Part shown: positions 39,615 to 48,142 of the stretch, piece by piece
How the letters are laid out: the number at the start of each line of letters is the position of its first letter
How positions within the stretch are numbered: the first letter of the stretch is position 1
Source: Steroidobacteraceae bacterium
GTDB taxonomy: Bacteria; Pseudomonadota; Gammaproteobacteria; Steroidobacterales; Steroidobacteraceae
Reading direction: 5' to 3'
Assembly: GCA_035495655.1 (NCBI GenBank)
Contig: DATJFM010000091.1
Span: forward strand, 968 to 64,967
DNA: 64,000 bases
Notes under the pieces: model-generated
Databases searched by the model: none
What the model was told of the DNA's origin: nothing
The model's input: the letters and a program-made list of their open reading frames with translations, nothing else
Translations under genes and position numbers: made by a program

Positions 39615-40685
39615 ATGGTCGATTTCATTGGGGTATCCCGGGTACGGGAGCTTCTTGCCCGCCGGGGTACTGCGCGCTTCATCGAGGAGCTGGCCGCGGA
39701 GATCGAGGCGGATTTTCTGCGCTGGGAGACTTTCGAGAAATCGCCCCGCCACGCGACGCATTCGTGCGTCGGCGTCATAGAGCTGATGCCCGCCTCCGAT
39801 GGACGGCTCTACGCGTTCAAGTACGTCAATGGCCACCCGAAGAACACGCACGCCGGGCTGCTTACCGTTACGGCATTTGGCGTACTCGCGGATGTGGAGA
39901 CCGGCTATCCACTGCTGTTATCCGAGCTGACACTCACGACCGCACTGCGCACTGCCGCGACCTCCGCGCTGGCGGCGCAGCGTATGGCGCCCGAGGGCAG
40001 CCGGGTGATGGCACTCATCGGCAATGGCGCCCAGGCTGAATTCCAGACCATCGCCTTTCATCAGCTGCTCGGCATACGCGAGGTGCGCCTCTACGACACC
40101 GACCCGGCCGCGACCGACAAGCTCGAGCGCAATCTCGCGCGGATGCATCTGCCGGGGTTGAAGGTCACCCGGTGCGGCTCAACGGCTGCCGCAGTCGCTG
40201 GCGCTGACATCATCACCACTGCGACGGCCGACAAGCGCAACGCGACCATCCTGACACCCGAGCTCATCGTTCCGGGCGTGCATCTGAACGCGGTGGGGGG
40301 CGATTGTCCGGGTAAGACCGAGCTGCACCGCGACATCCTGCTGCGTCCCGACGTGCGCGTGGTGGTGGAGTACGAGCCGCAGTCGCGCATCGAGGGCGAG
40401 ATCCAGCAGATGGACGCGAGCTACGCAGTCCTCGAGCTTGCAGCAGTACTCGCCGGGCGTGCACGCGGACGCAGGCACGCGGATGAGGTCACGGTGTTCG
40501 ATTCGGTTGGATTTGCGCTGGAGGATTTCTCCGCCCTGCGCTATCTGCGGCGAATCCATCACGAGGAACGTGGCGCACACGCGCAGATCGACCTGCTGCC
40601 GCAGCTCGAGGATCCGAAGAACCTCTTCGGCCTGCTGTCGGCGCAGCCACAGCGGCTCATCGTGTGCGAAGACGAGGCGGCCTGA
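39615..40685 (+). CDS. ocd: ornithine cyclodeaminase / mu-crystallin family protein
   Basis: 356 aa; ..YAFKYVNGHPKN..TALRTAATSALAA..LIGNGAQAEFQ.. Rossmann motif; followed 2 nt later by arginase. Confidence 0.86.
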   Translation: MVDFIGVSRVRELLARRGTARFIEELAAEIEADFLRWETFEKSPRHATHSCVGVIELMPASDGRLYAFKYVNGHPKNTHAGLLTVTAFGVLADVETGYPLLLSELTLTTALRTAATSALAAQRMAPEGSRVMALIGNGAQAEFQTIAFHQLLGIREVRLYDTDPAATDKLERNLARMHLPGLKVTRCGSTAAAVAGADIITTATADKRNATILTPELIVPGVHLNAVGGDCPGKTELHRDILLRPDVRVVVEYEPQSRIEGEIQQMDASYAVLELAAVLAGRARGRRHADEVTVFDSVGFALEDFSALRYLRRIHHEERGAHAQIDLLPQLEDPKNLFGLLSAQPQRLIVCEDEAA

Positions 40686-40686
40686 C

Positions 40687-41646
40687 ATGACGCGCGCAAC
40701 TCTCATTGGTGCACCGACAGATGTGGGCGCAGCCGACCGTGGCGCTTCCATGGGGCCTGAAGCACTGCGCGTCGCGGGACTGCTGGCCGCGCTGCGTGCA
40801 CGTGATCTCGAGGTGGAAGACTTCGGCAATCTGAGCGGTCCGGGTAATCCGTGGCAACCGCCGCACAACGGCTACCGGCACCTGCCGGAAGTGGTGCGCT
40901 GGAACCAGCTGGTGCACGAAACCGTCTTGCGCGAGCTGCGCGAGGATCGGCTACCGATTCTGCTCGGCGGCGATCATTGCCTCGGTATCGGCTCGATCAG
41001 CGCGGTTGCGCGCCATTGCCGCGAGCAGGGCCGCAAGCTGCGCGTGCTGTGGCTCGATGCTCACGCAGACTTCAACACCAGCGAGCTGTCTCCGAGCGGG
41101 AACGTGCACGGCATGCCGCTCGCCTGTCTCTGTGGGTTCGGACCGCCGGAGCTCACGGGCATCGGCGGTCGCATGCCCGCGATCGATCCTGCGTGCGTGC
41201 GGCAGATTGGTGTGCGCAGCGTCGACGCCGGAGAGAGGCGTTTCGTGCACGAGCAGGGCCTCGACGTCTTCGATATGCGCCACGTCGATGAGCTCGGCAT
41301 GCGTGCGACCATGGAGCAGGCGCTGAGCGGCCTGGATAGCGACACGCACCTGCACGTCAGCTTCGATGTGGACTTCCTCGATCCGGAGATCGCCCCGGGA
41401 GTCGGTACCCGCGTACCGGGCGGGCCGACCTACCGCGAGGCACAGCTGTGCATGGAGATGATCGCCGATACGCGCCGCCTGGCGTCGCTCGATGTGGTCG
41501 AGCTGAATCCCGCGTTCGACGTGCAGAACCGCACCGCGACACTGGCCGTCGATCTCATCGAGTCGCTGTTTGGCAAGAGCACACTCGTGCGCCGCCCGGT
41601 GTGGGAAGGTCCGGCCAAGTCGCCGAAGTCGCTCAGCGCGGCGTGA
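40687..41646 (+). CDS. rocF: arginase
   Basis: In ORF 40438..41646 from MTRATLIGAPTDVG. Mn-ligand motifs ..LGGDHCL.., ..LWLDAHADFN.., ..HVSFDVDFLDP.., ..LDVVELNP.. Confidence 0.9.
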   Translation: MTRATLIGAPTDVGAADRGASMGPEALRVAGLLAALRARDLEVEDFGNLSGPGNPWQPPHNGYRHLPEVVRWNQLVHETVLRELREDRLPILLGGDHCLGIGSISAVARHCREQGRKLRVLWLDAHADFNTSELSPSGNVHGMPLACLCGFGPPELTGIGGRMPAIDPACVRQIGVRSVDAGERRFVHEQGLDVFDMRHVDELGMRATMEQALSGLDSDTHLHVSFDVDFLDPEIAPGVGTRVPGGPTYREAQLCMEMIADTRRLASLDVVELNPAFDVQNRTATLAVDLIESLFGKSTLVRRPVWEGPAKSPKSLSAA

Positions 41647-41770
41647 GCTGCGACTGACGCGCGCACTCTGCCGGCCCCGCGTTGCAATCGCGCATAGGTC
41701 GCCGCATCATCCGTCATTCCCCAGAACGCAGCGCGACCCTCACACAACGGGGCCGCAAGGTGAGCAAGCC

Positions 41771-41983
41771 ATGGTTGAGAGCGTCTACAAAGTCATCGAG
41801 TTGGTTGGAACGAGCACCGAGTCCTGGGAGAAGGCCGCGGCTGCCGCGGTGAACCAGGCTTCGAAATCGCTGCGCGATCTGCGCATCGCGGAGGTGGTGC
41901 AGCTCGACATGCACATGCAGGACGGCAAGATCTCGGCCTATCGTGCCAAGGTGAAGGTTTCCTTCAAGTTCGAGCGCGAGTAG
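41771..41983 (+). CDS. dodecin-family flavin-binding protein
   Basis: 70 aa: MVESVYKVIELVGTSTESWEKAAAAAVNQASKSLRDLRIAEVVQLDMHMQDGKISAYRAKVKVSFKFERE; typical dodecin length and pattern; SD AAGGTGAG upstream. Confidence 0.85.
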   Translation: MVESVYKVIELVGTSTESWEKAAAAAVNQASKSLRDLRIAEVVQLDMHMQDGKISAYRAKVKVSFKFERE

Positions 41984-42016
41984 CCCCGGCCGCGGCGTGT
42001 GCCGCGCGCGGCTAGT
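41984..42016. terminator. GC-rich hairpin between convergent genes (possible bidirectional terminator; no U-run)
   Basis: Inner stem CGCGGC-GTGT-GCCGCG flanked by TAGCC/GGCTA; read directly from the sequence. Confidence 0.3.
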
Positions 42017-42709
42017 TCACTGGGCCGTGGCGCGCTGCAGGGCAGCGCGGGCGAGGAGCCGCGTGGAGTCGAGCGTCGGCAGCGGCGAGTTATCGTCGTT
42101 CATGATCAATGGGATCTCGGTACAGCCGAGCACGATGGCATCGCAGCCCTCGTCCTTCATGCGGCTCATTACCCGCTGGAAGAAGCTGATCGCCTCGGGC
42201 TTGAATACTCCAGCGACCAGCTCCTCGAAGATGATGCGGTTGATCTCGGAGCGCTCCACCGGGGTGGGGCGCAGGTACTCGAGTCCGCGCTCGGCGAGCT
42301 TATCCGGGTAGACCTCGCTGTCGACGAGATAGCGCGTGCCGGTGAGTCCGAGTCGACGGAAGCCGCGCTCGGAGGCGTGCGCGGCTACGACCTCGGCGAT
42401 GTGCAGCCAAGGAAGGGGCGAGCGGCGCAGCACCCACGGCATCGCCTGATGGATGGTGTTATCCGGGCAGATGAGGAAATCCGCCCCGGCCCGCGCCAGT
42501 TTGTGCGCTGCAGCCAACATCAGCTCGGCCACCCCGGGCCAGTCGCCGCGCTCGATGGAGCGCATGTAGGCGGCGAACGAGTGCGTGTGCATGGACACTT
42601 CGGGATGCGCCAGCGGCCCGAGCCACTGCGGACCCTCCAGGCACACCGTGCGATAACAGAGCGCCGCGCCTTCCGCCGAGCAGGCGACGATGCCGATGTG
42701 CCGCGTCAT
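42017..42709 (-). CDS. aspartate/glutamate racemase-family protein
   Basis: 230 aa; ..IGIVACSAEGAALCY.. and ..IVLGCTEIPLI.. (the two catalytic-Cys contexts of the Asp/Glu/hydantoin racemase family). Confidence 0.85.
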   Translation of the reverse strand: MTRHIGIVACSAEGAALCYRTVCLEGPQWLGPLAHPEVSMHTHSFAAYMRSIERGDWPGVAELMLAAAHKLARAGADFLICPDNTIHQAMPWVLRRSPLPWLHIAEVVAAHASERGFRRLGLTGTRYLVDSEVYPDKLAERGLEYLRPTPVERSEINRIIFEELVAGVFKPEAISFFQRVMSRMKDEGCDAIVLGCTEIPLIMNDDNSPLPTLDSTRLLARAALQRATAQ

Positions 42710-42736
42710 GCCCCGATTCTACCGTCAATCGCGGCC

Positions 42737-45265
42737 TCAGGAATTGAGCGTCAGCGGTCCGGGCCGAGGGATGCCGGGCTCGACCGGAAAGCTCACCGCA
42801 ATACGCGTGCCGGTGCTCAGTGATGTGATGCGCATGTCGCCATTGAAGTGCAGCACGCGTTCGCGCATGCCGGCTATACCCACACCCGAGCCCTGCATCT
42901 GGATCTCGCGCAGCTTCTCGGCAGGAATACCGCTGCCCTCGTCCTCGATTTCCAGCAGCAGCCGCCCGCCGTCGAGCTCGATGCGCAGGATCGCCGTCTT
43001 GCTGCCGGAGTGGCGGTGAATATTGGTCAGGCTCTCCTGCACGATGTGGAACACCGCGGCCTCCAGCTCGCGCGGCAACCGGCCGAGACGCTCATCGAGC
43101 TCGAGCCTGATGGCGATGCCGCTGCGTTTGGAGAGGCCGGTGACGTACCAGCGCAGCGCACCCGTCAGCCCCGCATCATCGAGCAGCGGCGGATGCAGCA
43201 GATAGGAGGCGGTGCGGATGTCCTGGGTGAGCTGCTGCACCAGCTGGAGACTGCCACCGATATCCTCGGCCAGTTCCGGGGAGAGCGTCGAGGCGCGCCG
43301 GTTGAGGCTCGCCAGCTCCATGCCGAGCGCCGCGAGCAGCTGGCCTGCGCTGTCGTGCAGGTCGCGGGCGATGCGACGCCGGTCCTCATCCTGCATCTGC
43401 ATCATGCGCATCGACAGCACCCGCAAGCTCCGGTACGCCCTCTCGAGCTCCTCGGTGCGTTCGCGCACGCGCGACTCGAGGTGATCGCGGGCCTCCTGCA
43501 ACGCCGCGCGGGCCTGCACTTCCGCCGACACCTCGCGGAAGTAGCACACGACTCCATAGCCGCCCTCCGGCAGCGGTATGCGATCCACGCGCCAGTCGTA
43601 GTGCTCGGTCTGCGGGCGATCGCGCCGTGCGATGGCCTGCTCGACGGCGTGGTGCGACTCGCCGGTGGCGAGGGTATGGCGGAAGATGCGCAGGACCTCG
43701 GCGGCATATTCCGGATCGCGCAGCTCGCGCAGCACTTCGCTGTAGTGGCGGCCGACGAGCTCGGGAGTTGGCCCGAAGGCCGGACGCGCGGTGGGGTTCA
43801 CCTGACGCACGCGCAGCTTGCCATCGAGCAGAAACACCCCGATGGGTGCCCGATCGACCAGGATCTCGAACTGCGCCGAGCGCTGGCGCAGCACCTCCTC
43901 GACCTCTTTGCGCTCGGTGATGTCCTTCACGATGACGGCCAGGCGTGTCTGCGAGCCGTCCTCGACGCGAAACGCATAGAGCTCGAGCACCCGGCCACGA
44001 TCGAGTTGTCCGCGCTCGAATCTGCGCGACTCGCCGCTTGCGAGAATGTGCTCGTAGTCGCGGAACGAATCCTCGGGTTCGGCAGGGAAAACCTCGCGCA
44101 GCGTGCGGCCGGCGACATCGCTTGCGGCGGTGTGCGCGATGAAGCCTGGATTCGCCTGCAGGAAGCGGAAATCCGCGGGCACGCCGCGCCCGGCCGGCAC
44201 ACGCTCGAGAACACAGAAGCCCTCGTCAATGGATTCGAACAGCGTGCGGAATTTCTGCTCCGACTCGCGCAGCGCGCCCTCGGCACGCCATCGCTCGATA
44301 GCGAGACTCGCCAGGTGCGCGCCGAACTGGCCGAGATCGCGCTCCCAGGCGTTCGGCCGACGCGCCTCCCCCAGGCACACGAGGAAGGCGGCCGTGACCG
44401 CACCGTCTGCACTGCGCACCGGCGTCGCGTGCAGTGCCTGCACGCCGTGCGCAGTGCACAGCTCGCGCCAGGCCGGTGCCCAGCGTGCATCGCGGCCGAT
44501 GTCTGCCACGGTGACCGGCTTTCCGTGCAGCACTACCGTGTCGCGTGGCATCGGCGTGGCCTCATCACCAAAGGGCAGCTTGCCGAGCTCGCTTACCAAC
44601 TGTGCCGGGAGTCGCGATGAAACGATGCGCTCGATGAGCGCCCGCCCGGGGCTGGCCAGGACGACGGCAGCGGACGCACCCGGCTGCAGGAGCGTCACCG
44701 ACTCGGTAATGGCGCGCAGGCAGTCATCGAGCGGGCGACCCCGCGCAATGAGCTCGAGCAGGTAGTTCTGCTCGAGCAACAGGCTCTCGGCACGATGTCG
44801 CTCCGGATGAAGCGAGCCGAGCCGCGCTGCTCGCTCGGGCGCGCCGGCGGCTGCAGAGCGGGGCTTCCCTCCATGGCCGTCGCCCGCGCGGTGGGTCGGA
44901 TCCAGGATCGATTCGATGGTCGAGAGCAGGTTGCTGCCGATGTCGGACTTGGAGACGAACCCACGGGCTCCGGCCTTGAGCGCGCTCGGCAACATCTCCG
45001 CGGGATCGTGCTGACTGACGATCACGATCTCGGAGCACGGCGACTCGCGCCGGATCGCGGTAGCGGCTTCGAGCCCGCTCATGCGCGGCATGCTGACATC
45101 GAGCAGCACGATATCCGGCTGCAGCTGGGCTGCCTTCTCGATCGCTTCCACGCCGTCAGCGGCTTCGCCGCAGACTTCCCACGCGGGTTGCGAGGCAAGC
45201 AGCGTGCGCAGTCCCTGGCGCACCAGCTCGTGATCGTCGGCAATGAGAATGCGGACGCAAGCCAT
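42737..45265 (-). CDS. hybrid sensor: N-terminal receiver, GAF, PAS, PAS, HisKA_3, HATPase_c
   Basis: ORF 42737..45463(-) trimmed to MACVRILIADDHELVRQGL..DIVLLDVSMPRMSG.. (REC). GAF-like segment ..LLELIARGRPLDDCLRAI..; two PAS segments (..FRTLFESIDEGFCVL.., ..FEILVDRAPIGVFLLD..); H-box ..RRRIARDLHDSAGQLL..; ATPase ..QESLTNIHRHS..IEDEGSGIP..GVGIAGMRERV.. Confidence 0.9.
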   Translation of the reverse strand: MACVRILIADDHELVRQGLRTLLASQPAWEVCGEAADGVEAIEKAAQLQPDIVLLDVSMPRMSGLEAATAIRRESPCSEIVIVSQHDPAEMLPSALKAGARGFVSKSDIGSNLLSTIESILDPTHRAGDGHGGKPRSAAAGAPERAARLGSLHPERHRAESLLLEQNYLLELIARGRPLDDCLRAITESVTLLQPGASAAVVLASPGRALIERIVSSRLPAQLVSELGKLPFGDEATPMPRDTVVLHGKPVTVADIGRDARWAPAWRELCTAHGVQALHATPVRSADGAVTAAFLVCLGEARRPNAWERDLGQFGAHLASLAIERWRAEGALRESEQKFRTLFESIDEGFCVLERVPAGRGVPADFRFLQANPGFIAHTAASDVAGRTLREVFPAEPEDSFRDYEHILASGESRRFERGQLDRGRVLELYAFRVEDGSQTRLAVIVKDITERKEVEEVLRQRSAQFEILVDRAPIGVFLLDGKLRVRQVNPTARPAFGPTPELVGRHYSEVLRELRDPEYAAEVLRIFRHTLATGESHHAVEQAIARRDRPQTEHYDWRVDRIPLPEGGYGVVCYFREVSAEVQARAALQEARDHLESRVRERTEELERAYRSLRVLSMRMMQMQDEDRRRIARDLHDSAGQLLAALGMELASLNRRASTLSPELAEDIGGSLQLVQQLTQDIRTASYLLHPPLLDDAGLTGALRWYVTGLSKRSGIAIRLELDERLGRLPRELEAAVFHIVQESLTNIHRHSGSKTAILRIELDGGRLLLEIEDEGSGIPAEKLREIQMQGSGVGIAGMRERVLHFNGDMRITSLSTGTRIAVSFPVEPGIPRPGPLTLNS

Positions 45266-45500
45266 CGTCCGTTTACGATCTCCTGGCTCGCCTGGGCGAG
45301 AGATAGCCAGTATATACGGCGCTGCGTGCCTGACGGTGCATTCCCCGGCCAAAGTGGCTCGGCGCGGGCGCAGAAGCGCAATCACAACCTGAGCGTGCCA
45401 GCCGCTGGTCGTGCGGGTGAGGGCAAAGCCTGTACTATCCGTGCCCAACACCAACTGGCGCACTCATTGCGCGGCACGATCGCCGGCTGCCGAAGGACGC

Positions 45501-47159
45501 ATGACCCAACCGCCCATCACGCGCACGGCGCGCACCGACTGGAGCAGCCGTCGCGAGCACAAGCGGCGGCGGCTCGAACGGGTCGCCCCGTACGTGGAGG
45601 GCAAGCTCGTGCGGCGCGATGCGATCGTGGCCGCGCTCGAGGCACTCCTCACCCCCGGCGACCGGGTCGTGCTCGAGGGCGACAATCAGAAGCAGGCGGA
45701 CTTCCTGTCGCGTGCGCTCGCGCAGGTCGATCCCGCGCGCGTGCACGACATACGCCTGCTGATACCCTGCATCACTCGCCCGGAGCACCTGACACTGTTC
45801 GAGCGCGGCATCGCCCGGCGCGTGGACTTTTCCTTCGCCGGGCCGCAGAGCGTGCGCGTTGCGCAGCTGCTCGAGGAAGGCAAGCTCGAGATCGGCTCGA
45901 TCGACACCTACATCGAGCTGTACGCACGCATGCTGGTTGAGCTGACACCGCAGGTGGCACTGGTGTGTGCAGGGCAGGGTGACCGGGCGGGTAACCTTTA
46001 TACCGGCGCCAATACGGAGGACAGCCCGACCATCGTCGAAGCCGCGGCGTTCGGTCAGGGCGTCGTGCTGGCACAGGTGAACGAGCTGGTCGATGAGCTG
46101 CCGCGGGTCGACATCCCGGGCTCGTGGGTCGATCTGGTCGTGACTGCCGATCGTCCGTTCGCGCTCGAAGCGTTGTTCACGCGCGACCCGGCACGCATCA
46201 GCGAGCAGCAGGTGCTGATGGCGATGCTCGTCATCCGCGGCATCTACGAGCGCCATGGCGTCACCTCGCTCAATCACGGCATCGGCTTCGCCACGGCGGC
46301 CATAGAGCTGCTGCTGCCGACCTATGCCGAATCCCTGGGCCTGAAGGGACGCATCTGCCGCAACTGGGTGCTGAACCCGCATCCGACCATCATTCCCGCA
46401 ATCGAGAGCGGCTGGGTCGAGAGCGTGTACTGCTTCGGCAGCGAAGCGGGCATGGAGCCATACGTGCAGGCGCGCTCGGATGTGTTCTTCGTCGGCGCCG
46501 ATGGCAGCCTGCGATCCAATCGCACACTGGCCCAGCTCGCCGGCCAGTACGGGGTGGATCTGTTCATTGGATCCACATTACAGATGGACGCGGACGCCAA
46601 CTCCTCGACCGTGACTCTCGGGCGGCTCGCAGGCTTCGGGGGAGCGCCCAACATGGGTCACGATCCCCGCGGACGGCGCCATGCCAGCCCGGCGTGGCTC
46701 AGTCTCATCGCGGCCGATACGCCGGTTGCACGCGGGCGGAAGCTCGTGGTGCAGCTCGTTGAGACCAGCCGCAACGGAGTGCCGGCGATCGTCGAGTCGC
46801 TCGATGCCGTGGCGGTCGGGCGGCGCAGCGGGATGCCGATTGCACCGGTGATGATCTACGGCGATGACGTGAGCCACGTGGTGACTGAACAGGGCATCGC
46901 CTATCTCTACCGGGCGCAAACGGGAGAGGAGCGGCGCGCGGCGCTTGCCGCCATCGCCGGCGCTACACCCATCGGGCGGCAGGCCGACCCGCAGCGCAGT
47001 GCGAGTTTGCGCGCCCGAGGCATCGTCGCTTACCCCGAGGATCTCGGCATCGCCCGCGCCGAGGCACGCCACTCGCTCCTTGCAGCGCATAGCATCGATG
47101 AGCTCATCGAATGGTCGGGCGGCCTGTACCAGCCGCCAGATCAGGTCAGACGCAGATAA
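45501..47159 (+). CDS. mdcA: malonate decarboxylase alpha subunit homologue (acetyl-S-ACP:malonate ACP transferase family)
   Basis: In ORF 45411..47159 from MTQPPITRTARTDWSSRREHKRRRL. ..PGDRVVLEGDNQKQADFLSRALAQ.., ..IDTYIELYARM.., ..SLNHGIGFATAAIELLLPTYAESLGLKG.., ..GRLAGFGGAPNMGHDPRGRRH.., C-terminal ..WSGGLYQPP.. match MdcA along the whole length as I remember the family. Confidence 0.88.
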   Translation: MTQPPITRTARTDWSSRREHKRRRLERVAPYVEGKLVRRDAIVAALEALLTPGDRVVLEGDNQKQADFLSRALAQVDPARVHDIRLLIPCITRPEHLTLFERGIARRVDFSFAGPQSVRVAQLLEEGKLEIGSIDTYIELYARMLVELTPQVALVCAGQGDRAGNLYTGANTEDSPTIVEAAAFGQGVVLAQVNELVDELPRVDIPGSWVDLVVTADRPFALEALFTRDPARISEQQVLMAMLVIRGIYERHGVTSLNHGIGFATAAIELLLPTYAESLGLKGRICRNWVLNPHPTIIPAIESGWVESVYCFGSEAGMEPYVQARSDVFFVGADGSLRSNRTLAQLAGQYGVDLFIGSTLQMDADANSSTVTLGRLAGFGGAPNMGHDPRGRRHASPAWLSLIAADTPVARGRKLVVQLVETSRNGVPAIVESLDAVAVGRRSGMPIAPVMIYGDDVSHVVTEQGIAYLYRAQTGEERRAALAAIAGATPIGRQADPQRSASLRARGIVAYPEDLGIARAEARHSLLAAHSIDELIEWSGGLYQPPDQVRRR

Positions 47160-47187
47160 CCGCGCCCGCGCTGCGCTCATCCTGACA

Positions 47188-48138
47188 TCAGGCCGGCTCG
47201 GCGGGTCCCGCGGCTCGAGGTTGGCTGCGGCGTTGGCGCAGTGCCACGACCTCGCCCACGATGCCGCGCCGGAAGGAAAGCACGCAGGCGACGAAGATGA
47301 CCCCGATGATGGCGGTCACCCAGCCGCCGACCACATCCGAGAGATACTCCTGCAGCGTAACGACTATCGCGGCTCCGACGACCGGACCGAAGAAGGTGCC
47401 GGTGCCCCCGAGCAGGGTCATGAGGATCACTTCGCCCGAGGTCGACTGCTGTACATCCGAGAGCGTCGCAAACCCGAGCACCAGGGAATTGAGCGATCCG
47501 GCGAGCCCGGCCAGCGCGGCGGAGAGCACGAAGGCGAGCAGCTTGTAGCGGTCGATGTCATAGCCGAGTGAGATCGCGCGCGCTTCGTTCTCGCGGATGG
47601 CACGCAGCACGTGCCCGAACGGGGAGTGCACGACCCGGCGGATGAAGAAAAACACCGCCGCGAAGATCGCGAGTACGAGGTAGTACATGACCCGGTCGGA
47701 CCTGAGCGGCACCATGCCGAGAAGCGTTCCGCGGGTAACCCCCTGGAGACCATTCTCGCCGCCGGTGAAGGGCGCCTCGAGGCACACGAAATACACGAGC
47801 TGGCCGAGCGCGAGGGTAATCATGGCGAAGTAGATACCGTGGCGCCGGATGGCAAGACCGCCGAAGATCGTTCCGAGCACTGCGGCCACCGCCATACCAC
47901 TCAGCACCGCGCCGGCGGGACCTGCGCCGTGCGCAGTGACCAGCCATGAAGCCACATAGGCGGCCAGGCCAAAGAACGCAGCATGGCCGAAGGAGAGCAT
48001 GCGGCCAAACCCGAGCAGCAGGTTGTAGGCGCAGGCGAACATGGCGAAGCACAGCAGCTTCATCAGGAATACCGGATACAACCCGATCCACGGGAGCGCC
48101 AGCGCGAGTAGACCCATGAGCACATAGAACAGGCGCAT
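47188..48138 (-). CDS. branched-chain-amino-acid-type ABC transporter permease (LivM-like)
   Basis: 316 aa, polytopic; ..LSFGHAAFFGLAAY..RAISLGYD.. pattern; operon context. Confidence 0.9.
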   Translation of the reverse strand: MRLFYVLMGLLALALPWIGLYPVFLMKLLCFAMFACAYNLLLGFGRMLSFGHAAFFGLAAYVASWLVTAHGAGPAGAVLSGMAVAAVLGTIFGGLAIRRHGIYFAMITLALGQLVYFVCLEAPFTGGENGLQGVTRGTLLGMVPLRSDRVMYYLVLAIFAAVFFFIRRVVHSPFGHVLRAIRENEARAISLGYDIDRYKLLAFVLSAALAGLAGSLNSLVLGFATLSDVQQSTSGEVILMTLLGGTGTFFGPVVGAAIVVTLQEYLSDVVGGWVTAIIGVIFVACVLSFRRGIVGEVVALRQRRSQPRAAGPAEPA

Positions 48139-48142
48139 CGCG

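Noticed and set aside
42848-44620. 590-aa plus-strand ORF antisense to the sensor kinase (also 44795..45940 and 45435..46382 around mdcA)
   Set aside because: No motifs and an Arg/Ala/Leu/His-rich composition. The opposite strands carry complete multi-domain proteins.
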